The notes below the pieces were generated by a model. The model saw only the letters and a list, made by a program, of their open reading frames with translations, was not told where the DNA came from and ran no database searches. DNA of 32,000 bases from Methanobrevibacter sp. (GTDB taxonomy: Archaea > Methanobacteriota > Methanobacteria > Methanobacteriales > Methanobacteriaceae): positions 2,855 through 34,854 of the forward strand of contig NZ_JAZRHE010000028.1 in NCBI RefSeq assembly GCF_045644645.1. Reading direction: 5' to 3'. The translations under genes and the position numbers were made by a program. Each line of letters begins with the position of its first letter. Positions within the stretch are counted from its first letter, which is position 1. This document shows positions 20,342 to 30,578 of this stretch, piece after piece.

Positions 20342-21334
20342 ATGAAAATGTATTACGACGATGATGTAAATACAGATGCTCTTGAAGGTAAAACCATTGC
20401 CGTAATTGGTTATGGTTCTCAAGGAAGAGCGCAATCTAGAAACATGGCTGATAGTGGAGCAAATGTTATTGTTGGTGTAAGAGAAAATGGAAGTTCTTGG
20501 AATTTAGTTCAAGAAGATGGCATGACTGTTAAAACTATCGAAGATGCAGCAAAAGAAGCGGATATCATTCACATATTGCTTCCTGATGAAATCCAAGAAA
20601 GGGTATACAACGAACAGATTGCACCATATGTTGAAGCCGGAAACACTATTTCATTCTCTCATGGTTACAACATACACTTTGGATTAATTAAACCTGGTGA
20701 GGATGTAAACATCGTAATGTTTGCACCAAAAGGACCTGGATCCATGGTAAGAAGAACTTATGAAGAAGGTTTCGGTATCCCTGGTTTAGTAGCTATCGAA
20801 CAAGATGCAACCGGCGATGCAATGCAAATTGCATTGGCTATGGCAAAAGCATGTGGATTAACCAAGGCCGGTGTTTTGGAAACTACTTTCCAAGAAGAAA
20901 CTGAAACAGACTTGTTCGGTGAACAAACAGTTTTATGCGGTGGAATCACAGAATTAATCAATGCCGGATTCACTACTTTAGTTGAAGCAGGTTACCAGCC
21001 TGAAATTGCTTACTTTGAAACCTGTCACGAAGTAAAACTTATTGTAGATTTAATTTACGAAAAGGGTTTTGCCGGAATGTGGAGAGATGTAAGTAACACT
21101 GCTGAATACGGTGGTTTGACTAGAGGTAATAGGGTTATTACTCAAGAAGCTAAAGACGGTATGAAAGCAGTTTTAAAAGAAATCCAAGACGGGACTTTCA
21201 AAAAACAATGGGCTGATGAAAACGCTACCGACGGAGCTAACTTAAAAGAAATGAGAGCGGCTGAAGGGCAAAAAGAAATCGAAGTTGTTGGTGAAAGATT
21301 AAGAAAAGCTTGTGGATTACAAAAAGACGATTAG
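20342..21334 (+). CDS. ilvC: Ketol-acid reductoisomerase
   Basis: 330 aa. Motifs [25 protein letters not shown] and [11 protein letters not shown]. Confidence 0.95.
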   Translation: MKMYYDDDVNTDALEGKTIAVIGYGSQGRAQSRNMADSGANVIVGVRENGSSWNLVQEDGMTVKTIEDAAKEADIIHILLPDEIQERVYNEQIAPYVEAGNTISFSHGYNIHFGLIKPGEDVNIVMFAPKGPGSMVRRTYEEGFGIPGLVAIEQDATGDAMQIALAMAKACGLTKAGVLETTFQEETETDLFGEQTVLCGGITELINAGFTTLVEAGYQPEIAYFETCHEVKLIVDLIYEKGFAGMWRDVSNTAEYGGLTRGNRVITQEAKDGMKAVLKEIQDGTFKKQWADENATDGANLKEMRAAEGQKEIEVVGERLRKACGLQKDD

Positions 21335-21382
21335 GTCTTTTTAATCCATTTACTATTTTTTTATTTATTTAATTCATATAGT

Positions 21383-22396
21383 GTGGTAATCGTGGTATTT
21401 ATTGGTATGGACCATGGAACTACTGGAATCTCTTTTTGCATTTTATCCGATTTGGGCGAAATTATTGATGTTTTTAAAATTGGCAGAGAGGAAAGTAAGA
21501 AAGGTTTGGTCTCTGTTACAGAGGAATTAAACCAACGCATTGACTTAAATTCTGTAAAGCTAATGGCAATTACTTATGCAATGGGCGATGGAATAAATAA
21601 AATTTTACCAACTGAAAAAGTTAAGGATAGAGGGATTTTATCTATTAACGGCGCCGGTAAGGTCACTGGTGGTGGAACATCAGTATTTTCTGAATTGCAG
21701 GAGTTGGATATTCCATCCATAATGATTCCCGGTCTTCATAAGGATTCTTGCTCTTTAGATAAATTGTTTAGAGCTGCTTATTCACATCAAGCAAGCCCTG
21801 AAAAAGTTAGTATTTCCTATAATGCTGTTAAGGAAACTGGCTGGAGTAATTTTATTGTAGCGGACATTTCATCAAATAGTGTGGATATCTTAATTGAAGG
21901 TGGTAAGATTAAGGGTGCAATAGATGCCTGCTTAGGAGCCATGGGCATCGTTCATGGACCTCTTGATTTGGAAATGATTAGGGACATTGATGAAAACAAT
22001 GCATCGGCAAACGATTGTTTTTCACATGCAGGTGCTATTAAAATTGCTGGAATTGATGGTAAAGTAGCCAATATGAAGGATCAGCTTTTAGAAAACTACA
22101 AAAATGGCGATGAAAAGGCTAGATTAGCTATTGATACATTAATCATGACTGTGGCGATGGAAATTGCCGGATTGGATGTGGTTTGCAGCAATGAAATTGA
22201 AGGGATTGTTTTAACAGGTTCTGTTGGAAGTGCAAAAGAGCCATTTAACTTTGAGGATGAAATAAACAAATATTTCAAAAACAAGTATCCTTTAAAGGTA
22301 ATTTCTAAGGAATCAGGTGCAATTGGTGCTGCACAAATAGCAATGGATGTTTATAATGGTAAAAAAGAAATATTAGGTATTGAAGTTAATATCTAA
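21383..22396 (+). CDS. ASKHA/BadF-BcrA-type ATPase, methanogenesis marker protein 12-like
   Basis: About 330 aa. The N-terminal phosphate-1 strand is VFIGMDHGTTGISF, with a later glycine-rich GKVTGGGTS and a C-terminal LTGSVG...GAIGAA. The start is ambiguous (GTG 21383, GTG 21392 or ATG 21407). The family name comes from memory of TIGR-type marker families and is not verified. Confidence 0.55.
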   Translation: MVIVVFIGMDHGTTGISFCILSDLGEIIDVFKIGREESKKGLVSVTEELNQRIDLNSVKLMAITYAMGDGINKILPTEKVKDRGILSINGAGKVTGGGTSVFSELQELDIPSIMIPGLHKDSCSLDKLFRAAYSHQASPEKVSISYNAVKETGWSNFIVADISSNSVDILIEGGKIKGAIDACLGAMGIVHGPLDLEMIRDIDENNASANDCFSHAGAIKIAGIDGKVANMKDQLLENYKNGDEKARLAIDTLIMTVAMEIAGLDVVCSNEIEGIVLTGSVGSAKEPFNFEDEINKYFKNKYPLKVISKESGAIGAAQIAMDVYNGKKEILGIEVNI

Positions 22397-22596
22397 TCTT
22401 CTTTTAAGCTAATGAAAATAATATTTCCGCCTTTTATAGTTTCAAGACCATTCTCATTTTCAAGGACAAGATTTAAGTAATTATCGATAGCTATTACTTT
22501 TCCTTCACTTTGGTAGTTGCCTCTTAAATCTACAGTTACATATTTATTCTTAAATTGTGTAAAAAGTTTGTTTACATAATCTTTATCAAAACTCAT
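22393..22596 (-). CDS. Sm-like (LSm) archaeal protein, short divergent paralog
   Basis: Sm1-like VTVDLRGNYQSEGKVIAIDNYLNLVLEN and Sm2-like IKGGNIIFISL. I prefer ATG 22596 (67 aa). The track ORF extends to a TTG at 22644. Confidence 0.65.
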   Translation of the reverse strand: MSFDKDYVNKLFTQFKNKYVTVDLRGNYQSEGKVIAIDNYLNLVLENENGLETIKGGNIIFISLKED

Positions 22597-22676
22597 TATC
22601 TCAAATCCGTGATTATAAATTCTATTTCTATTTTGAAGTTTCAACTTTAAATACTTTAATGTTGATAATATATACT

Positions 22677-22820
22677 ATGGCAATTAATCAATTAGAAGAA
22701 AATTTAGAAGCTATTACTAGGACTATTGAACAGTTAAAAAAAGATGGATGCGACGATGAAAAAATTTTAAACGAACTTCGTGAAGAAAGAGATAAAATAC
22801 TTAAAGATTTGAATTTATAA
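22677..22820 (+). CDS. Small hypothetical protein, 47 aa, predicted two-helix hairpin (not in the supplied ORF track)
   Basis: ATG 22677 to TAA 22818-22820 encodes MAINQLEENLEAITRTIEQLKKDGCDDEKILNELREERDKILKDLNL. Both halves have a/d heptad hydrophobic spacing around a DG turn. It exactly fills the only gap between the LSm and surE genes. The TATA-like tttaaata at 22646-22653 is ~25-30 nt upstream of the ATG, suggesting a leaderless transcript. Confidence 0.4.
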   Translation: MAINQLEENLEAITRTIEQLKKDGCDDEKILNELREERDKILKDLNL

Positions 22821-22825
22821 GTGAT

Positions 22826-23602
22826 TTATTTCAACCATTCTTTTAATGAACTGATATCACTAGTTAAATCTATTTTTAAGGGTGTTACAGTAGTTTTATG
22901 AGCTTTTCGTAATTCATAACCATCACTTCCGGGAACATCTGAATCATATGGTTCGCCACCAATCCAGTAATATGGTTTTCCACGAGGATCCCGACGTTTA
23001 TGAATTATTGGTGTGTACATCCTTTTTCCTAATTTTGCCACTTCAAACTCTTCATTAATCGGGTTTGCAGGGATATTAACATTCAATAAGTCGATTCCAT
23101 CAGGCAAGCCTTTTCTCAATACAATTTCAGCTAATTTTTTTAACATTTTTCCCGCAAAATCGAAATCTATTTCTATTTCACCATTTTCAAATTTAATGTC
23201 GTCCCTGTCCACTTCCAGTGAAATGGCTATTGTCGGTATTCCAAAACTTGCAGCTTCAATTGCTGCACCAAGTGTTCCGGATGTTGTCAATTCAGCTTGT
23301 CCAATATTAAAACCTGTATTTATTCCGGATATCATGATGTCTGGTGTTTCATCAAGAATTTCAAATAATCCGAGGGTTACCGCATCTGTTGGTGTTCCGC
23401 TTACACCATATCCAACACTGCCATCTTTTAATGTGTATTCGTTTACTCTTAATGGTTCAAATAAAGTTAATGCATGACCTATGCCGCTTTGTTGTATTTC
23501 AGGTGCTACTATACAAGTATCACATAAGTTTTCAACCGCTTTTTTAGCAGCAAAAATGCCTGAAGCGGTTATGCCATCGTCATTACTTATTAATGCTTTC
23601 AT
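22826..23602 (-). CDS. surE: 5'/3'-nucleotidase SurE
   Basis: 258 aa. Begins MKALISNDDGITASGI (SurE N-terminal NDDG motif). Also carries SGINTGFN and SGTLGAA. Confidence 0.92.
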   Translation of the reverse strand: MKALISNDDGITASGIFAAKKAVENLCDTCIVAPEIQQSGIGHALTLFEPLRVNEYTLKDGSVGYGVSGTPTDAVTLGLFEILDETPDIMISGINTGFNIGQAELTTSGTLGAAIEAASFGIPTIAISLEVDRDDIKFENGEIEIDFDFAGKMLKKLAEIVLRKGLPDGIDLLNVNIPANPINEEFEVAKLGKRMYTPIIHKRRDPRGKPYYWIGGEPYDSDVPGSDGYELRKAHKTTVTPLKIDLTSDISSLKEWLK

Positions 23603-23730
23603 ATAATTATTAAAGTATTACCTTCTTAAAATAATTTTATATTTTTGGCATTATATGATAAACTTTAATAATAATTTAATGTATAAAATATATTAGTAAT
23701 TTTTTTTAAAAAACACATGCGGGTGGAAAA

Positions 23731-24630
23731 TTGGAAAAACCACAACTTATTAATTTTATAGCTAAAGTAATGGAGGACTCTGGTTTCAAGGTTTATAAGA
23801 ATTTTAAAACCTCTCAGAAAGTCATAGATATATATGCTATATTACCAACTACAATAGGGGATTTTGGAGTTGTTGTGGCGTGTAAAAATTATGACAAGAA
23901 TTTTGAAATTGGAGTTGATGTTTTAAAGGAGATGGAAGAAGTTGGTGAAAGTCTCAAAGCTTCTAAAGTAACTATCGTTTCTTCTTCATATTTCTCAAAC
24001 CAAGCAACTAATTATGCACTTAGAAAAAATATTAAATTAGTAGACAGGAATAACTTAATTGAACTTGCTAAAAAGTATCAGGATAAAACTTCCCAAACCA
24101 CTTTGGATAATACTCCATATGACGGAGGGGCATCAGCCTACATCGAAGATGAGTATACATACGATGAATCCGATATGGAATATTTAATGCAAAGAAGAGA
24201 TCAAAACCCTAATGTTTATAAAAATACATTATACCGGCAAATTGGTGAAGACAGAAATAATGGTCTTGGAATTTCATCTTTATTGAATAAGGGCAGTTCT
24301 ATTAAAAATAATATTGGCAGTAGAAATCCTACTACATTATATGATTATGACCAAAAACCTTCATTTTCTAATCCTGTATTGTTCAAATTGATTAGCAATC
24401 CTATAGTAATGATTATAATGGTTGTATGTGTTTCCTATTTCCTTGCCGTTTTCGGAGGCAACATTTTACACATAAATGCAGGAATCGTAGGATTAATTGA
24501 AATGGTCGTTGCATTGGTATTGTCTTATGGTTTGTCATTATACACTGAAAGAAATAGTAATTTCCTAATCAAAGGAACATTCATATTCTTCATTTCATTA
24601 GTAATCTTAATTATATTGATTTTTGTTTAA
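23731..24630 (+). CDS. Restriction-endonuclease-like (Mrr_cat, PD-(D/E)XK) domain protein with a C-terminal triple-TM anchor
   Basis: 299 aa with a TTG start 5 nt after gggtgg. Residues ~1-115 follow the Mrr_cat pattern (VIDIYA..., VVVACKNY, KVTIVSSSYFSNQATNYA, IKLVDRNNLIEL). A N/Y/D-rich low-complexity linker follows, then three hydrophobic helices in the last ~85 aa. Confidence 0.6.
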   Translation: MEKPQLINFIAKVMEDSGFKVYKNFKTSQKVIDIYAILPTTIGDFGVVVACKNYDKNFEIGVDVLKEMEEVGESLKASKVTIVSSSYFSNQATNYALRKNIKLVDRNNLIELAKKYQDKTSQTTLDNTPYDGGASAYIEDEYTYDESDMEYLMQRRDQNPNVYKNTLYRQIGEDRNNGLGISSLLNKGSSIKNNIGSRNPTTLYDYDQKPSFSNPVLFKLISNPIVMIIMVVCVSYFLAVFGGNILHINAGIVGLIEMVVALVLSYGLSLYTERNSNFLIKGTFIFFISLVILIILIFV

Positions 24631-25677
24631 TCTAATATAATTATGATTGATTATTATTAAAATTAATCCTAAGAGATATAAAAACCAAATCATTATGTCT
24701 GTGGGTCCGGTTTCTATCCATATCAATGTGTGTGTCATTATGATGGAGTAAATCCCTACTCCAATTCCTTTTTTTAATTTGTGGACTAATTGTAAGAATG
24801 CTCCCATGAACAGCATTTGTATTGTCAGTCCAATCAATCCAAAATCAAGATAAACAGGTCCAAACAGGGTTGATGTTAGACATACGTCATAGTGAAGGAC
24901 ATAATTTCCAATAAATGTTCTGGGACTTCCTGATGAAAAAATCATACTTAATATATGTCCATGTGTAGTTCCGCCCAGTGGAATGATTTTTTCAAATACT
25001 TCTAATGTGAATGCCGCTCTGTAAAAAACAAGTTCGATAGGGTTTAAAGTCCAATGTTGGTTGGCTATTGATTGGGATGCAATATATCCAACACCGAGCA
25101 GTCCAATAAATATTATGGCTATAAATACGATGCCTAATTTTCTAGATATTTTTTTAAGGTAATAAAGTGTTATAAATGAGCTTCCCAAAATTCCGAGAAC
25201 CGATGTTCTGTATCCATTCAAACCAAAAATCAGAGCTCCAAGAACAACCAGCAATAGGTATTTTTTGTCATAATACTTTGCAAGCAGCAAATTCATCATT
25301 ATTAAAAATAGCGGATAAGCTATTCTCCAGATATTTGTGGTTGCATTAGATTTTAAAACACTATTAAAAAGTGGAATACCTCCAAGGAATACCATATTAA
25401 GGGTTTGTAAAATTAAAGCAACTATTACCAATATAAGCAGTAACTTTTCTGATAAAAAATTGAGTTCTTTTGTTTTTTCAACACTTACTTTGCGTTTGAC
25501 TGCAATGATGCCGGCTGTGAAAATTAAGCATGAAAAAAGAATTGTCAATATGACTTCTGCTTTCAGCGGGTCTTCAAATCTGTAATTAAATGATCCAACA
25601 TAACCCATTGCTAAAAATACAAGTATTGCGACAACTACCAAAAACGGTTGAAAGAAATCAAGTTTTTCCAGTTTCAT
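24607..25677 (-). CDS. Polytopic membrane protein, oligosaccharide repeat-unit (Wzy-like) polymerase-like
   Basis: 356 aa from ATG 25677 (MKLEKLDFFQ...), with about 10 hydrophobic helices. The general look matches archaeal glycan repeat-unit polymerases. This is a low-confidence assignment made by eye. The track ORF's extra 29 codons overlap the upstream gene and were rejected. Confidence 0.4.
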   Translation of the reverse strand: MKLEKLDFFQPFLVVVAILVFLAMGYVGSFNYRFEDPLKAEVILTILFSCLIFTAGIIAVKRKVSVEKTKELNFLSEKLLLILVIVALILQTLNMVFLGGIPLFNSVLKSNATTNIWRIAYPLFLIMMNLLLAKYYDKKYLLLVVLGALIFGLNGYRTSVLGILGSSFITLYYLKKISRKLGIVFIAIIFIGLLGVGYIASQSIANQHWTLNPIELVFYRAAFTLEVFEKIIPLGGTTHGHILSMIFSSGSPRTFIGNYVLHYDVCLTSTLFGPVYLDFGLIGLTIQMLFMGAFLQLVHKLKKGIGVGIYSIIMTHTLIWIETGPTDIMIWFLYLLGLILIIINHNYIRLNKNQYN

Positions 25678-25678
25678 T

Positions 25679-27034
25679 TTATCCACCAAGTTCATATGAG
25701 GAAATGGCCAGATTTCCTCCAAAATTAGGCATTGCCGCCACATGGGTGTGTACATAGCTTGCAAGGGTGTTTCTTTGCATAAATCCGTCTTGATTATTAT
25801 ATGAACCTTTTCCTCTTAGAACATTAAATGCTAATTTATGCTTAATGTTTGTTTCATCAACTAAAACTTTTGAATAGTGGAATTCATGACCATGGAATTT
25901 TTCACCTTTTTTAGAGATGATATTGTCTTCGGTAACTTCTGCAATTGTGTATTTTAATGCTTGGACTCTATCTGTTAAAATTGATTTGTAAGGATATACA
26001 TTAACAACTTTGTCTTCATGGATGGAATTCATAAGATACATTAAACCACCACATTCCGCAAAAATAGGCCTATCTTCAAGGTGGAAAGTCTTGATATCTT
26101 TAAGCATTTTTTCATTTGCACTAAGTTCTTTTGAAAAGAGTTCAGGATACCCCCCGCCGATGTATAACCCATCAATATCAGGCAGGCCTTCATCGTTTAA
26201 CGGTGAAAAATATTCAATTTTAGCATTGTTCGCTTCTAATGATTCAATATTCTCCTTATAATAGAAATTGAATACCTCATCATATGCCACTCCAATTTTA
26301 ACCCTTTGTCTATTTATCTTATTCCAAATCGGAACAATCTCTGATGTAATTTTTGGAGCTTCGCGGGCAATTTCCACTAATCTGTCCAAGCCAATTGAAT
26401 CTTTTATTACATTAGACCAAATATCAATATATTTTAGAGAATTTTCTTTTTCACGGGCAGGAACAAGACCTAAGTGTCTTTCTTCAATAGATATGGAATC
26501 ATCACGTATTATTCCGCCTATTACTTCTGTTTTTGTAATCTCTTCGATAGATCTTTTGGTTTTTTCATAGTGTGCTTTGTTTTTAACTTTGTTCAGTATA
26601 ACTCCGGCAATATTTATTTCCGGGTCTAAAGCTTTAAAGCCTAAAACCAAAGCAGCGGCACTTTTAACCAGACTTCTGGAATTGATGATTAATATTACCG
26701 GTGCTTTTAGAGATTTGGCTATTGAAGCAGTACTTCCGATATCATTTACAGAGTCAATTCCTTCATAAAGGCCGCGAACACCTTCAATTACAGCTATATC
26801 TTTTCCATCCATGGCCTTCAGATAGGAATCTCTAACCTGCCCGGATTCCATAAAGAACGAATCCAAGTTTCTTGATACATTGCCTGTGGCTAATGTATGA
26901 TATGATGGGTCGATATAGTCCGGTCCAACTTTAAATGGCTGAACATTGTATTTTTCACTTAAGGCTTTCATAATTCCAGTAGATATTGTTGTTTTTCCAA
27001 CAGCACTACCGGTCCCCGCTAAAATGATTCTCAT
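25679..27034 (-). CDS. cbiA: Tetrapyrrole a,c-diamide synthase (cobyrinate a,c-diamide synthase CbiA or Ni-sirohydrochlorin a,c-diamide synthase CfbB)
   Basis: 451 aa. N-terminal P-loop [19 protein letters not shown]-terminal glutamine amidotransferase domain with the nucleophile in [10 protein letters not shown] and HEFHYS. CbiA and CfbB cannot be told apart by eye. Confidence 0.85.
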   Translation of the reverse strand: MRIILAGTGSAVGKTTISTGIMKALSEKYNVQPFKVGPDYIDPSYHTLATGNVSRNLDSFFMESGQVRDSYLKAMDGKDIAVIEGVRGLYEGIDSVNDIGSTASIAKSLKAPVILIINSRSLVKSAAALVLGFKALDPEINIAGVILNKVKNKAHYEKTKRSIEEITKTEVIGGIIRDDSISIEERHLGLVPAREKENSLKYIDIWSNVIKDSIGLDRLVEIAREAPKITSEIVPIWNKINRQRVKIGVAYDEVFNFYYKENIESLEANNAKIEYFSPLNDEGLPDIDGLYIGGGYPELFSKELSANEKMLKDIKTFHLEDRPIFAECGGLMYLMNSIHEDKVVNVYPYKSILTDRVQALKYTIAEVTEDNIISKKGEKFHGHEFHYSKVLVDETNIKHKLAFNVLRGKGSYNNQDGFMQRNTLASYVHTHVAAMPNFGGNLAISSYELGG

Positions 27035-27132
27035 AATAGCTAATTTGAACTTTGTTATATAACAATTTTTGCATATAAATCATTTTAAATAATATTAAAC
27101 ATATAAGTTAAATCATAATATATGGTGATTAA

Positions 27133-28956
27133 ATGAGAATTTTACTAATCCATTCTGATTATTTAAATTACAATGTAAAGAATAAGACACCTGTTGCTGA
27201 AGAAATTGAGGAAGCTAAAATGGAAGGTGCTTTCGATGACTCTTTAGTAGTGTTTACAAGTGTTGAAAAAGAAGATGAAAATAATCCGGAAGGTATTGTT
27301 AAGAATTTAGTTGGTGAAGTCGTTAAAACTAATGAACAAGTCAAAGCTGAGAATATTGTATTGTATCCATATGCTCACTTATCTTCATCATTAGGTTCTC
27401 CAAAAGTTGCAATTCAAATTTTAAAGGATGCTGAGGAAGCTTTGCTCGCTGAAGATTTGAACGTTAAGAGAGTGCCTTTCGGATGGTATAAGGCATTTGA
27501 AATTTCCTGTAAGGGCCACCCATTAAGTGAGCTTTCAAGAACCATCACTGCAGATGCAGAGGATGAAAAAGTTGAAAGGAAACCTTCAACCTGGCAAATT
27601 CTTGAAGGGGACAAAATCACTCAAATAGATGACTTCAAATTTGAAAACAAGGCTTTCAAACAGCTTGTTGATTATGAACTTGGACAAGGAGCATCCGATG
27701 AGGGTGAACCTCCACACGTCAAATTGATGAGGGAAAAGGAAATCTGTGATTATGAGCCGGCTTCAGATGTAGGAAACCTCAGATGGTATCCGAAAGGAAA
27801 ATTAATCAGGGATTTGCTTGCCGATTATGTTTATGATTTAACTGTAGAACGCGGAGCAATGCCTGTTGAAACTCCAATCTTCTATGATTTGGACAACCAG
27901 GCAATTTATGAACATGCCTATAAATTCGGTGAAAGACAATACAGAACTGACACCAAAAAGAATTTAATGCTTAGATTTGCGGCTTGTTTTGGCGCATTCA
28001 GATTAATGTCTGATTCATATTTGACATGGAAAAATTTCCCTGCTAAAATTTTTGAATTAACCAGATACAGTTTCCGTTTTGAGAAAAAAGGAGAAGTTGT
28101 TGGTCTTAAAAGATTAAGAGCTTTCACCATGCCTGACTGTCACTCATTCTGCTGTGATGTACAGTCCTCTTTAGAGGAATTCTCTCAACAGACTGACATG
28201 TGTATGCAAACTGGTAAGGATTTGGACCTTGACTTTGAAGTGATTTTCAGAGCAACCCAGGACTTCTTTGAAGAAAATGAGGAATGGATGTATGAAATTG
28301 CAGGTAAATTTGGAAAACCAATTCTTTTAGAAATATTGCCTGAAAGACATCACTACTGGGTATGTAAAATAGATTTAGCGAACATCGATGCTTTAGGCCG
28401 TCCGATCGAAAACCCAACAGTTCAAATTGACGTTGAAAGCGGTAAAAGATTTGACATTACCTACCTTGGAGAAGATGGCGAACAGCATAATCCTACAATC
28501 TTACACACTTCACCGACCGGAAGTATTGAAAGGGTTTTATGTGCAATGCTTGAGAAAACCGCAATCGAAATCAATGAACGTTCTCCAATGCTGCCGACCT
28601 GGTTAAGTCCAATTCAGGCAAGGATTCTAACTGTCGGAGAATCACACAAGGAATTTGCAAATGAACTCTATGATAAGATTAATGCTTCCAATATCCGTGT
28701 GGACATTGATGACAGGGATGAAAGTGTCGGCAAGAAAATCAGAAATGCATCCAAGGAATGGATCCCATACATTTTTGTTGTAGGCGATAAGGAAATGGAG
28801 ACCGGCAAGTTCCAAGTGACCGTACGTGAAACCGGCAAAAAGGTTGAAATGACAGCAGACGAATTAATTGATGCAATCAATGAGAAATGCGAAGGAAAAC
28901 CTTTCAGAAAACTGCCTTTACCTAAGGATATTTCAAGAAGAATAAACTTCCAATAA
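27133..28956 (+). CDS. thrS: Threonyl-tRNA synthetase, archaeal type with N-terminal editing domain
   Basis: 607 aa. N-terminus [13 protein letters not shown]... (archaeal Thr-tRNA editing domain). Class II core ([35 protein letters not shown]). C-terminal anticodon-binding domain. Confidence 0.92.
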   Translation: MRILLIHSDYLNYNVKNKTPVAEEIEEAKMEGAFDDSLVVFTSVEKEDENNPEGIVKNLVGEVVKTNEQVKAENIVLYPYAHLSSSLGSPKVAIQILKDAEEALLAEDLNVKRVPFGWYKAFEISCKGHPLSELSRTITADAEDEKVERKPSTWQILEGDKITQIDDFKFENKAFKQLVDYELGQGASDEGEPPHVKLMREKEICDYEPASDVGNLRWYPKGKLIRDLLADYVYDLTVERGAMPVETPIFYDLDNQAIYEHAYKFGERQYRTDTKKNLMLRFAACFGAFRLMSDSYLTWKNFPAKIFELTRYSFRFEKKGEVVGLKRLRAFTMPDCHSFCCDVQSSLEEFSQQTDMCMQTGKDLDLDFEVIFRATQDFFEENEEWMYEIAGKFGKPILLEILPERHHYWVCKIDLANIDALGRPIENPTVQIDVESGKRFDITYLGEDGEQHNPTILHTSPTGSIERVLCAMLEKTAIEINERSPMLPTWLSPIQARILTVGESHKEFANELYDKINASNIRVDIDDRDESVGKKIRNASKEWIPYIFVVGDKEMETGKFQVTVRETGKKVEMTADELIDAINEKCEGKPFRKLPLPKDISRRINFQ

Positions 28957-29013
28957 TTATATTTACAAATAGAAACATATTATAAAATGTTATTATATAA
29001 CGGAGGAAATTTA

Positions 29014-30249
29014 ATGAACCCAATGTACAGAATAGGAGAAGCTCTTATTGGAGATGGACCTGAATTAGCTCACGTTGATTTATTAATTGGTGATAAATTC
29101 GGCCCTGTTGGTCAAGCTTTTGCTAATGGATTATCCAATTTATCTGTTGGACACACTCCTTTAACAAGTGTAATTAGACCAAACTTAATGACAAAACCAG
29201 CTACTTTAATTATTCCTAAAGTAACTGTTGGTGATTTAGACGACGCTAGTAAAATATTTGGACCTGCGCAAACAGCTGTTGCAAGAGCAGTAGCTGATGC
29301 AGTACAAGATGGATATATTCCAAAAGACATTGTAGAAGATATCGTTATCAATGTCAGCGTATTCATCGACCCTTCTGCAAAAGATTTCAGAAAAATCTAT
29401 CAATACAACTATGGCGCAACAAAATTAGCTATTAGAAGGGCAATGGAAGGATACCCATCAATCGACAAAGTACTCGCAGAAAAAGATCGTGGAACTCACC
29501 CTATTATGGGATTCAGAGTTCAAAAACTTTGGTCTCCACCATACTTACAGGTTGCACTTGACTTAGATAATTTGGATGCAATGGCAAAAATCATTAATGA
29601 TTTGCCTGATAAGGAAAGAGTGCTTCTCGAAGCTGGAACTCCGCTCGTTAAAAAATTCGGTGTTGGAGTTGTTGGAAAAATCAGAGAATTACGTCCTGAT
29701 GCATTCATTATTGCAGACTTAAAAACTTTGGATGTCGGTCGTGTAGAAATTAAAATGGCTGCTGATGAAACCGCAGATGCAGTTGCTATCTCTGGTCTTG
29801 GAACAATAGAATCAATCATGAAGGCTATTCATGAAACTCAAAAACAAGGTATCTACTCCATCCTTGATATGATGAATGTCGCTGACTTTGAGGAAAAATT
29901 AACTCAAATTCCAGATGACTTAAAACCAGACATAGTATTATTACACAGAAATGTCGATTTAGAAACTTATAAGGCTGAAAAAGGTGAAGATATTAGTGAA
30001 ATGACTGAATGGGGTAACATCAAAAAGATTAAAGAAATCATTGGTGGCGGTTTAGTCGCAGTAGCTGGCGGTATCAAACCTGACAATGTTGAAGAGGCTA
30101 TCGACAAAGGTGCAGACATTATCATTGCAGGAAGATATATTATAGGTTCAAGAGATGTAAGAAGATCAGCTCAAGACTTCTTAGCACATTTCCCACCGGA
30201 CCCAGATAATATGAGACTTGCAATGGATGAAGACGAACAAGTAAATTAG
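29014..30249 (+). CDS. fae-hps: Bifunctional formaldehyde-activating enzyme / 3-hexulose-6-phosphate synthase
   Basis: The N-terminal half begins [23 protein letters not shown] (Fae). The C-terminal half begins [13 protein letters not shown]...ADLKTLDVG (OMPdecase-like Hps). I chose ATG 29014, preceded by ggagg at 29002-29006. Confidence 0.9.
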   Translation: MNPMYRIGEALIGDGPELAHVDLLIGDKFGPVGQAFANGLSNLSVGHTPLTSVIRPNLMTKPATLIIPKVTVGDLDDASKIFGPAQTAVARAVADAVQDGYIPKDIVEDIVINVSVFIDPSAKDFRKIYQYNYGATKLAIRRAMEGYPSIDKVLAEKDRGTHPIMGFRVQKLWSPPYLQVALDLDNLDAMAKIINDLPDKERVLLEAGTPLVKKFGVGVVGKIRELRPDAFIIADLKTLDVGRVEIKMAADETADAVAISGLGTIESIMKAIHETQKQGIYSILDMMNVADFEEKLTQIPDDLKPDIVLLHRNVDLETYKAEKGEDISEMTEWGNIKKIKEIIGGGLVAVAGGIKPDNVEEAIDKGADIIIAGRYIIGSRDVRRSAQDFLAHFPPDPDNMRLAMDEDEQVN

Positions 30250-30296
30250 ATTTATTTCTAATTTATTTTTCTATTTTTTTAAAAGGAGTTTTTATT

Positions 30297-30578
30297 ATGG
30301 GATTTTGTAATTCATGTGGCAGGCCAATTGTTAGAGAAGATTATGGAACAAATAAAGATGGCAGTCCAAATGATGAATTTTGCATTGATTGTTTTCAGAA
30401 TGGTGAATATACAGAACCGGATATAACTCTTAATGAGATGATTATAAGAAAAACAAAAGAGATGATGGAAAAAAATCCTAGATTGCCAGAAACTCAAGCA
30501 ACTGGTATTACTGCGATGTTTATTCCAGGATTAAAAAGGTGGAATCCTGAATTCCAAGATGATTATAAAACTCTCTAA
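30297..30578 (+). CDS. Putative zinc-ribbon domain protein (Zn_ribbon_2-like)
   Basis: 93 aa. Two Cys pairs, CNSCGRP...EFCIDCFQNGEYTEPDITLNEMI, with aggag upstream. Confidence 0.65.
   Translation: MGFCNSCGRPIVREDYGTNKDGSPNDEFCIDCFQNGEYTEPDITLNEMIIRKTKEMMEKNPRLPETQATGITAMFIPGLKRWNPEFQDDYKTL

Noticed and set aside
23013-23547. Plus-strand ORFs of 154 aa and 67 aa inside surE
   Set aside because: They are antisense to a full-length SurE with its canonical NDDG N-terminus. They have no recognisable motifs or ribosome-binding site.
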